Both the position numbers and the translations under genes were made by a program. From assembly GCA_017428765.1 (NCBI GenBank), contig JAFRQF010000005.1:87121-119120 (forward strand): a stretch of DNA of 32,000 bases, written 5' to 3'. The notes under the pieces are model-generated. The model made no database searches. It was not told where the DNA came from and saw only the letters and a program-made list of their open reading frames with translations. Shown here in pieces: positions 25,152 to 32,000 of the stretch. The number at the start of each line of letters is the position of its first letter. The stretch's first letter is position 1. Source of the stretch: Erysipelotrichaceae bacterium (GTDB lineage: Bacteria; Bacillota_I; Bacilli_A; Erysipelotrichales; Erysipelotrichaceae).

Positions 25152-25982
25152 CTATTTTGCGATATCTTCCGGAACAGGATCGGAAACTTTGGATGTCAGC
25201 ATTTCCGGATGTTCCAGGATGTATTTCAACAATTTCAGTGACTTGGCGAAATAGAAGCCGTCAGCGATCCTTTCATCGAGCGTGATGGTCATTTTCACCT
25301 TGTCTCTTCCCTCTTCCTTGTACATCGTACCGATCGTGCCCATCATCGAATTGGTCCCGAAGTTGGACAGATGATGGTAGCAGTTGTCGGCGCCGATCGA
25401 ACCTAAGTTGGACAGAAGGCAGGTCGTATAGTTGGGATCGCCTTTGGCCAGATCTTCCGGATAGATGCCATGGTACTCCATCCGCGATAAGATCCAGAAG
25501 AAGATCTCCAGAACGAATCTTGGCAGTTTGCCGACCAGTTCCATCGTCTTGTCCAGGGAATTGGTACCGGAACTTCTCGCCTTCTTCACATCGCCCAGGA
25601 TGATCTTTGAGACCCGATCGAGGTCCATGTCTCCATCAACTTTCAAAGTCATCAGGGTCTCCTGTGCCTCATCGGCAAATTTCTGTTTGGCGACGAAAGA
25701 CAGAGTGATGTCGTTCCTCTGCCAGAACTTTCTGCCTGCAATAAAGATGTTCATCTTCGGACGGTGGTAGATCGTCTTGGCGATCGCCATGCAGATGCAA
25801 TGGAAAAGTTTGTAGTTTGTCCCTTGTTCCTCGTTGTGCTTTTTGATGAAACTTAACAGCTCTGTGATGTCAAAGGTCACTTCGGAAGAAACTTCCGCCT
25901 CCGTGCGCTTTGGCATGACGTAAGGAACGATCGAATGAAACGGATCGGGATCGTTCAATAAGACAGCGTCTTTTCTTCTCAT
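25152..25982 (-). CDS. Stand-alone 2-oxoacid dehydrogenase E2 catalytic-domain-like (CAT-fold) acyltransferase
   Basis: 276 aa. It has LSNLGSIG and a C-terminal TITLDERIADGFYFAKSLKLLKYILEHPEML, which aligns to the E2 motif S.DHRxxDG...F......LE.P..LL. There is no lipoyl or subunit-binding domain. Confidence 0.72.
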   Translation of the reverse strand: MRRKDAVLLNDPDPFHSIVPYVMPKRTEAEVSSEVTFDITELLSFIKKHNEEQGTNYKLFHCICMAIAKTIYHRPKMNIFIAGRKFWQRNDITLSFVAKQKFADEAQETLMTLKVDGDMDLDRVSKIILGDVKKARSSGTNSLDKTMELVGKLPRFVLEIFFWILSRMEYHGIYPEDLAKGDPNYTTCLLSNLGSIGADNCYHHLSNFGTNSMMGTIGTMYKEEGRDKVKMTITLDERIADGFYFAKSLKLLKYILEHPEMLTSKVSDPVPEDIAK

Positions 25983-26491
25983 AACAGGCCTACGAAAGAA
26001 CGGATACGTCCGTCAGAATCATTGACATTGACACCACGGATCGCCAGGCCGTCCGTGATCTCAGCACCTTTCAGAACGCCCTGCATCTCAAGCAAAGAGA
26101 TGCCGAAAGTGCCTTCGTCATTGGTGCAGAACGGATAGACGATCTTGTCGGAAAAATCATAGGACTCCAAGAAAGTGGCAACGACTCTCGGATAGGTGCG
26201 ATACCAGATCGGGAATCCGATGTAGACCTGATCGTATTCGTCCATGTTGAGACGCACACCGCCTTTCATTGCCGGGTGTTCGTTGTTTTCGTCTTCTCTT
26301 CTCGCTCTTCTTAAGCAGTCATCGTATTTGAAAGGATACGGTTCATCTTCTTCGATCTTGTAAAGATCCGCGCCGGTCAGAGCGGCGATCTTTTCAGCGA
26401 CAACTTCCGTATTTCCTTTTTTCAGTTCAACGATCTCGTTATCCTGCAGGTTTTCTCCGATATGAGAAAAGTAAGCGACCAGTGTTTTCAT
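25979..26491 (-). CDS. Flavodoxin-like protein
   Basis: 170 aa with N-terminus MKTLVAYFSHIGEN, FPIWY and PFCTNDEG, typical of short flavodoxin-fold proteins. ATGA overlap with the downstream E2-like gene. RBS is GAGGAG. Confidence 0.78.
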   Translation of the reverse strand: MKTLVAYFSHIGENLQDNEIVELKKGNTEVVAEKIAALTGADLYKIEEDEPYPFKYDDCLRRARREDENNEHPAMKGGVRLNMDEYDQVYIGFPIWYRTYPRVVATFLESYDFSDKIVYPFCTNDEGTFGISLLEMQGVLKGAEITDGLAIRGVNVNDSDGRIRSFVGLL

Positions 26492-26528
26492 AGTATAATA
26501 CTCCTCATTTACAATCCCTATTATACAT

Positions 26529-27296
26529 TCAGTAAGCGCTGTGAGCTATGCCGTTCATCCGCACTTCCAGATCGATCTTTTCCATGCAGACATCGAAAGG
26601 ATCCTCGTGATACTCCGTTTCCGCAAGATATTCTTTCATCGCCGAAGCGATATCGTATTTTGCCAGGATCTTTTTCCCATCGAAATCAAGGTCAAAGACA
26701 TACGCCGGCCGATAATCCGGCATCCGGTAATACGGTACATGGACAGGAAACTTATGAGTAAACAGGACTGTGCCCGGCGTAAGCGCGATCTGCTTTCTGA
26801 CCTCTTCGGTGACCTTGTCATCGATCACAAAGAAGTCTTTATAGGCAAGCTGCGCTTCCTTTTCATCTTCCGAAAGCTGCAGTTTCGTCTCTATCTTCAG
26901 ACAGGTATTGATCAGATCACGGAATTTCAAGGAAAGATAGATATCGACTTCCTTTTCATCGAAACGCGGTTCGATGCCTACCTTATCGATCTTCAGTTCT
27001 TCCGGCAGAGAAAGGATATCACCCATCGAATCTTCATTAATGATCGTGTAAAGATAGTAGGCCGGGACCTCATATTCAAAGACCATTGCCTGTCGATCAT
27101 AGAAGATGCAGTCCTTGAACTCATGACCTTCATCTTCTTTCATCTTCGTCTCATAATCGTAAGCAAACTTATCCTGATATTTTCCGATATCATTGACCTT
27201 ACGGTAGAGATAATAGCCTCCGCCGGCAAGAGCCAGAAGCATCAGTATCAATATCCAGAGCAGCAGTTTCCAGAAGGAAAATCTTTTCTTTTTCAT
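26529..27296 (-). CDS. Uncharacterised membrane-anchored protein
   Basis: 255 aa. N-terminus MKKKRFSFWKLLLWILILMLLALAGGG (signal anchor), followed by a K/E/D/Y-rich soluble domain. RBS is GAGG, 8 nt upstream. I recognise no motif. Confidence 0.62.
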   Translation of the reverse strand: MKKKRFSFWKLLLWILILMLLALAGGGYYLYRKVNDIGKYQDKFAYDYETKMKEDEGHEFKDCIFYDRQAMVFEYEVPAYYLYTIINEDSMGDILSLPEELKIDKVGIEPRFDEKEVDIYLSLKFRDLINTCLKIETKLQLSEDEKEAQLAYKDFFVIDDKVTEEVRKQIALTPGTVLFTHKFPVHVPYYRMPDYRPAYVFDLDFDGKKILAKYDIASAMKEYLAETEYHEDPFDVCMEKIDLEVRMNGIAHSAY

Positions 27297-27328
27297 GATT
27301 CATACCTCGATCACACAGCAATACAAAG

Positions 27329-27352
27329 AAAAGCCGGTACGCTCCGGCTTTT
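27329..27352 (-). terminator. Rho-independent terminator of the nucleoside ABC transporter operon
   Basis: Minus-strand RNA AAAAGCCGG-AGCGTA-CCGGCTTTT followed by CTTTGTATT. It sits 23 nt after the permease stop. Confidence 0.75.
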
Positions 27353-27374
27353 CGGGATATCTTTTATTGAAAGA

Positions 27375-28331
27375 TCAGCGCATCGACTTATCGTAAGGCT
27401 GACCGGATGCCTTCGGCGCGTGGTCATGTTTGGAAGTGATGGCCAGAGCGATCAGCGTGACGATGAACGGAAGGCTCTTATAGAAAGCGGCCGGAAGTCC
27501 CAGGTTGGCAAGAAGCGGGATACCGGAATAGGCATTGGCGATCGTCTTGCAGAAGGCGAAGAAAGCCGCCGCTCCAAGAAGCGGAATGGAACGCCACTGA
27601 CCGAAGATAAGAACGGACATGGCCAGATAACCGTAACCGCCGACGGTCTGCGAATAATGGGTCGCGACCGGTAAGATATACATCAGACCGCCCATACCGC
27701 CGATGAAACCGGCAATGATCAAAGCGGCATATCTGTACTTCTGTACGTTGACGCCTAAGGATTCGGCAGCCTGCGGATTTTCACCGCACGCACACATGCG
27801 AAGTCCGAATCTCGTCTTATTCAGTACGATCGCCGAAATGATGAAGATGGCGATGCCGATGAAGTTGGTGATATAGGTCCTGGTAAAAAACATCGGACCT
27901 AAGACCGGTATATCGGCAAGCACAGGGATACGTTCGATCAGGAAATCGTTACGGATGGACAGGTGTTCCGAACCGTTCTGTAAGACTCTGGCAAAGAAGA
28001 TGCAGAATGCCGGAGCAAAGGTATTCAAAGCCATACCGACGATCGTCTGGTCGGCGTTCAGATTGATCGCCGCCACCGCCAGCAAGAGCGTCAGCAATAC
28101 GCCCATGACACCGGCAAACAGTAATGCGATCAAAAGACGCAGCTGCCCGGCGACGACACCATCCAGCCATTGCAGACAAAGCACGCCCCACATACAGGAC
28201 CAGACCATGACGGAATCCAGACCCATATGGATGACACCGCTTCGTTCGGAGAACATGCCGCTGATGGAAACGACCAGGAGCGGAATGAAGAAATACATGA
28301 AATAGCGTGCAATAAAATAGATCATTTCCAT
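27375..28331 (-). CDS. ABC transporter permease (BMP/nucleoside uptake system, YufQ/NupQ-like)
   Basis: 318 aa, multi-pass. It has a motif typical of BMP-system (nucleoside ABC) permeases, and is the last gene of the binding protein-ATPase-permease-permease operon. Confidence 0.88.
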   Translation of the reverse strand: MEMIYFIARYFMYFFIPLLVVSISGMFSERSGVIHMGLDSVMVWSCMWGVLCLQWLDGVVAGQLRLLIALLFAGVMGVLLTLLLAVAAINLNADQTIVGMALNTFAPAFCIFFARVLQNGSEHLSIRNDFLIERIPVLADIPVLGPMFFTRTYITNFIGIAIFIISAIVLNKTRFGLRMCACGENPQAAESLGVNVQKYRYAALIIAGFIGGMGGLMYILPVATHYSQTVGGYGYLAMSVLIFGQWRSIPLLGAAAFFAFCKTIANAYSGIPLLANLGLPAAFYKSLPFIVTLIALAITSKHDHAPKASGQPYDKSMR

Positions 28332-28332
28332 A

Positions 28333-29457
28333 CTATTTGAGCTCCTCTCCTGTGACTTTGTTTATCTCGGTGGTCTGCTTGATCAGCATCTTTTCCAGCA
28401 TCTGTTTCAAGAACAGGGAGAATGCCGCGAAGTAGATGATGACGGAAGTGATGACAGAGACGATCTCTCTTTGGAAACCGAAGATCTGCATGTAGTTGCC
28501 GCCGACCGTTAAGAATGCCAGGAACAATGCGCCTAAGATCGCACCTAATGGCGAGTTGTTGGCAAGACAGCAGACCGCGATACCGTTGAAGCCTTCGGCA
28601 GCCAGCTGTTCCTTCATCGTGATATACGTACCGGAAGCGGACAGGTGTGTCAGGCCGCCGCCAAGTCCGCAAAGCGCACCTGACAGCAAGATCGAGATCA
28701 TGATGTTCCTCTTGGACTTGATACCGGCATAACGGGAAGCTTCGGCGTTCTTGCCGCAGGCTTTGAGTTCATAGCCAAGCTTCGTCTTTTCCAGCAAGAC
28801 CCAGGCACAGATCGCGACCAGGATCGCGATGATGATGCCGATGTCCGCCGTCTTGTTTGCGGTGATCGCAGGCATGAAGGCCTGCGGCAGCTTGCACTGT
28901 GCCGGGATGGCCCTGGTCTGGCCTTTCATCGCATCGTAGCAGTAGTCGTTGATCCAGTGCATCATGTAGTACATCTCGATGTAGTTGAACATGATGGTAC
29001 CGATGACGACGTTGACATTGAAGTACGCCTTCAAGACGCCCGGGATGAACGCCCATACAGCACCGGCTAATGTTGCGACGATCAAAGGAACGATCCAGGT
29101 CAGAGGCGACGGAAGGTCCTTGGAGAAATATAAAGATGTCAGGATCGCTGCCAGCGCACCGACCGAATACTGGCCGGGACCGCCGATATTGAAGATACCG
29201 GCCTGGAAAGCGACACACATCGCAACACCGGTACAAAGGATCGGTGTCGCAAAGTAGAATAATGTACCTAAGTTTTTCAGACCGCCCAGCTGGAAACCGC
29301 CGGTGATCAGTGTGGTGAATGCCGAAAGACCCTTGGAAGGATTCGTCAGCATCAGTACGATGAACGCGATGATCAGACCGCCGACCACGGCGATCAGAGA
29401 AGACAGAAGAGACGTATGACGCGTGATATCGAATCTTCTTTTAGCTTTTACAGTCAT
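28333..29457 (-). CDS. ABC transporter permease (BMP/nucleoside uptake system, YufP/NupP-like)
   Basis: 374 aa, multi-pass. Its start overlaps the ATPase stop by 4 nt and it ends 1 nt before the next permease. Confidence 0.88.
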   Translation of the reverse strand: MTVKAKRRFDITRHTSLLSSLIAVVGGLIIAFIVLMLTNPSKGLSAFTTLITGGFQLGGLKNLGTLFYFATPILCTGVAMCVAFQAGIFNIGGPGQYSVGALAAILTSLYFSKDLPSPLTWIVPLIVATLAGAVWAFIPGVLKAYFNVNVVIGTIMFNYIEMYYMMHWINDYCYDAMKGQTRAIPAQCKLPQAFMPAITANKTADIGIIIAILVAICAWVLLEKTKLGYELKACGKNAEASRYAGIKSKRNIMISILLSGALCGLGGGLTHLSASGTYITMKEQLAAEGFNGIAVCCLANNSPLGAILGALFLAFLTVGGNYMQIFGFQREIVSVITSVIIYFAAFSLFLKQMLEKMLIKQTTEINKVTGEELK

Positions 29458-30992
29458 GCGTTTTTCTCCTCTCTCTTGACACCGGCCATGTACAAGCCCA
29501 TCTCCTCGACCGATACTTTCTTCGGATCGAGGTTGCCCATGATCTCGCCTTCAAACATGACGATCACACGGTCTGCGACGTCCATGACCTCATCAAGTTC
29601 AAACGACATCAGTAAGACCGCCTTGCCTTTGTCTCTTTGTTCGACCAGCTGTTTGTGTATGAATTCGATCGCACCGACATCCAGACCTCTGGTCGGCTGT
29701 ACGGCCACCAGGACATCGGCATTCTGGTCGATCTCTCTGGCGACGATCGCTTTCTGCTGGTTGCCGCCGGACATCGATCTGGCCATGGTGATCCTGCCCT
29801 GTCCCGAACGGATATCGAAGCGGTCGATCAGTTCATCGGCATAGGTATCGAATTTATGGAAATTCAGGAAACCGGTCTTGGAAACGAATTCCGGTTTGAA
29901 GTAATTCTTCAAAGCCAGGTTGTAGGACAGCGGATAGTCTAAGATCAGACCGTATTTGTGACGGTCTTCCGGAATATGGGACATCACGAGGTTCCTTTCA
30001 CGGATCGACTTCTTCGTGTAGTCTTCCCCGTTGATCATGATCTTTCCTTCGTTGATCGGCATGATGCCGGTCAGTCCGTAGATCAGTTCACTCTGTCCGT
30101 TTCCGTCGATTCCGGCGATCGCCAGGATCTCGCCCTTCCTTACCGAGAAGGAGACGTCATTGACGACCTTTTTCTTGGTCTCATCGTTGATCATCGTGAG
30201 ATGCTCGACTTTCAATACTTCTTCTTTCGGTTCGGCAGGCTTCTTGTCGACATGGAAGGAGACTTCTCTGCCGACCATCAGTTCGCCCATCTGGGTCGTC
30301 GTCGTTTCGGCGGCGTTGAGCGTTTCGATCAGCTTGCCTCTTCTTAAGACGGTGACCCTGTCAGAGACCCGCTTGATCTCTTCGAGTTTATGTGAGATGA
30401 ACAGGATCGTGTGGCCTTCTTTCGCCAGGCCTTTCATGATCTCCATGAGTTCATCGATCTCTTGCGGAGTTAATACGGCAGTCGGTTCATCGAAGATCAG
30501 TATCTCGGCATCTCTGTAAAGCATCTTGAGGATCTCACAGCGCTGCTGCTGACCGACTGTAATGTTTTCGATAAGGGCATCCGGATCGACGGCCAGACCG
30601 TATTTCTGAGAAAGTTCGACGACCTTCTTGCGGCAGCTGTCCATATCGAGGAACGGACCCTTTAAAGTTTCAGAACCTAAGACGATGTTCTGAAGAACGG
30701 AATAGTTCTGTACGAGTTTGAAGTGCTGGTGGACCATGCCGATACCCAGCTCGGTTGCGACACGCGGATTGGTGATCTTGACTTCTTTCCCCCTGATCGC
30801 GATAGAGCCCTCCTCAGGCGTATACATACCAAAAAGAACGCTCATCAGAGTGGACTTACCCGCGCCGTTTTCTCCAAGCAGGGCATGGATCTCTCCTTTG
30901 CGGATGTTCAGGCTGATGTCGTTGCAGGCGATGATGCCCGGGAACCTTTTGGTTATGTGACGGAATTCAATAATGTTTTCCGCAGTTTCCAT
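29454..30992 (-). CDS. ABC transporter ATP-binding protein with duplicated ATPase domains (YufO/NupO-like)
   Basis: Start reassigned to ATG 30992 (METAENIIEFRHITKRFPG). It carries two nucleotide-binding domains (GENGAGKST ... LIFDEPT; second domain GIDGNGQSE, SGGNQQK, LLVAVQPTRGLD). Confidence 0.92.
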   Translation of the reverse strand: METAENIIEFRHITKRFPGIIACNDISLNIRKGEIHALLGENGAGKSTLMSVLFGMYTPEEGSIAIRGKEVKITNPRVATELGIGMVHQHFKLVQNYSVLQNIVLGSETLKGPFLDMDSCRKKVVELSQKYGLAVDPDALIENITVGQQQRCEILKMLYRDAEILIFDEPTAVLTPQEIDELMEIMKGLAKEGHTILFISHKLEEIKRVSDRVTVLRRGKLIETLNAAETTTTQMGELMVGREVSFHVDKKPAEPKEEVLKVEHLTMINDETKKKVVNDVSFSVRKGEILAIAGIDGNGQSELIYGLTGIMPINEGKIMINGEDYTKKSIRERNLVMSHIPEDRHKYGLILDYPLSYNLALKNYFKPEFVSKTGFLNFHKFDTYADELIDRFDIRSGQGRITMARSMSGGNQQKAIVAREIDQNADVLVAVQPTRGLDVGAIEFIHKQLVEQRDKGKAVLLMSFELDEVMDVADRVIVMFEGEIMGNLDPKKVSVEEMGLYMAGVKREEKNA

Positions 30993-31022
30993 AATGCTTA
31001 TCCTTTCGTCAAATAAACGCAA

Positions 31023-31044
31023 GGGAGGTGACAACGCACCTCCC
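31023..31044 (-). terminator. Intra-operon hairpin between the binding-protein and ATPase genes (partial terminator or mRNA stabiliser)
   Basis: GGGAGGTG-N6-CACCTCCC, perfect 8-bp stem, followed on the minus strand by TTGCGTTTATTTG. Confidence 0.5.
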
Positions 31045-31068
31045 TAGACAATTCAGTGATAAATGATA

Positions 31069-32000
31069 TTACTGTTCGAAGTAAGTTACGTTGACGTACT
31101 TGTAACCGTCGACCGGAGCGCCGTTGACACCATCGACTTCCGTCGGTAATGTGTCATGAACAGCGATGACCTGCTGTTTGACAGCGTTGTAATCTTCTTC
31201 AGTGAAGGTGTTCCAGTTTTCAGCTCTGTACGGAGCAAGGATAGCACCGTCTTCCTTAGCGCCTAAACGGATCAGGCCCTGGCTCGTGTAGTTGGACCAT
31301 TCGGAACCGCCGGCGTAAGCAGCCTTGACAGCTCTGTAGATCGTGACTTCCAGATCCTTCATAGCGGAAGTGACGAATAACGGTTCGTTTTCAGCGCCGT
31401 CAGCAGCTCTTGTGAAGTATTCATCGGTATCGACACCGACGATCTTTCTGTTTTCGCCGTCCTTAGCAGCCTGGATAACGGAGTTGACGATCGTACCGCC
31501 GCAGGAGAAGATGATCTCTGTACCGTTGGTGTACCATTCGGAAGCTCTGGTAACGATATCCGGAGAAGCATCGAATGTACCGGTATAGAAGTATTTCATA
31601 TCGATGGAGCCTTCAGCCAGACCGAGTTCTTCAGCAGCATCTTCAGCACCTTCGATAAAGCCATAACCGAATCTGACGACAGCCGGAACAGCCATACCGC
31701 CCATGAAGGCGAGGTTTCTGTAACCGTCTTTGACGACAGCGTAGCCGGCCATGTAGCCGCAGTCCTGCTCAGCGAATGTGATCATCGCCAAGTTGTCCTG
31801 ATGAGGCAGGGAATCATCGACACCGTCGTAGTTGTAGTCGATGTTGTAGAGGTCATCAGCATCGACGAAGATGACTTTGACATCCGGATAGTTCGGGATC
31901 TCCTGGCACAGTGCAGCATCCCACAGGAAGCCGACTGCAACAAGGACATCAGCAGACATCTGATTGACTGCCTGTTCGAAGATCGTTGTTCTGGAAGCAT
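31069..32000 (-). CDS. BMP-family ABC transporter substrate-binding protein (nucleoside-binding, Med/PnrA/TmpC-like), C-terminal part
   Basis: The frame stays open to the window edge (my translation upstream of the tracked Met gives ...ASRTTIFEQAVNQ-MSADVLVAVGFLW...). The pattern is BMP-like (GVDTDEY, VTSAMK). The N-terminus lies outside the window. Confidence 0.87.
   Translation of the reverse strand, partial: ASRTTIFEQAVNQMSADVLVAVGFLWDAALCQEIPNYPDVKVIFVDADDLYNIDYNYDGVDDSLPHQDNLAMITFAEQDCGYMAGYAVVKDGYRNLAFMGGMAVPAVVRFGYGFIEGAEDAAEELGLAEGSIDMKYFYTGTFDASPDIVTRASEWYTNGTEIIFSCGGTIVNSVIQAAKDGENRKIVGVDTDEYFTRAADGAENEPLFVTSAMKDLEVTIYRAVKAAYAGGSEWSNYTSQGLIRLGAKEDGAILAPYRAENWNTFTEEDYNAVKQQVIAVHDTLPTEVDGVNGAPVDGYKYVNVTYFEQ

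Noticed and set aside
26541-27674. 377-aa plus-strand ORF, the longest unannotated ORF in the track
   Set aside because: It is antisense to two well-supported minus-strand genes (the membrane-anchored protein and an ABC permease) and runs straight through the terminator between them. Its composition is R/D/I/F-rich and low in complexity, as expected for a shadow frame. It has no RBS. The window shows many such antisense ORFs, so this reflects codon bias that avoids TTA/CTA/TCA on the coding strand.
1-32000. CRISPR arrays, IS elements, integrases, prophage or known defence genes, and toxin-antitoxin pairs
   Set aside because: Scanning both strands by eye, I found no regularly spaced repeats, no terminal inverted repeats flanking an ORF, and no transposase-, recombinase-, nuclease- or helicase-like ORFs. 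Every ORF over 110 aa that is not a shadow frame has a metabolic, transport or housekeeping assignment, or is one of the three unknowns discussed in the findings.

Overview
Chromosomal segment from a Gram-positive (Bacillota-type) bacterium, roughly mid-40s to 50% GC by eye. It is densely coding: 33 protein genes (28 on the minus strand) plus one tRNA-Arg(UCU). Content is mostly housekeeping and metabolic. In window order: gpsA (partial); an AsnC-family regulator with an aminotransferase (AlaR/AlaT-like pair); a HAD-rarA-acpS-aminotransferase-GtrA operon; psuK-psuG (pseudouridine catabolism); a reverse rubrerythrin; nucleoside hydrolase with deoC; a YtrA-type GntR/ABC/ABC-2 module translationally coupled to a monofunctional GT51 transglycosylase; an M20 peptidase with an esterase; a co-directional run of MFS transporter, alpha/beta hydrolase, GH42 beta-galactosidase, glnA, metG, mtnA and a small HExxH membrane protein; a flavodoxin / stand-alone E2-like acyltransferase pair preceded by an uncharacterised membrane-anchored protein; and a BMP-family nucleoside ABC transporter (substrate-binding gene partial at the right edge). 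I found no CRISPR array, transposase, integrase, phage gene or recognisable defence system. The points most worth a second look are: (i) a GATC density about 4-5 fold above the equiprobable expectation, seen in coding and in some non-coding DNA; (ii) the flavodoxin / E2-like acyltransferase module, which has Glu where the catalytic His of the DHRxxDG motif would be; (iii) the YtrA-ABC module fused in an operon with a peptidoglycan glycosyltransferase; (iv) a small HExxH membrane protein; (v) a MetRS with a KASSS loop in place of KMSKS; (vi) an unexplained ~370-nt AT-richer gap between 24676 and 25041. None of these is strong evidence for a new system. The window looks largely ordinary.
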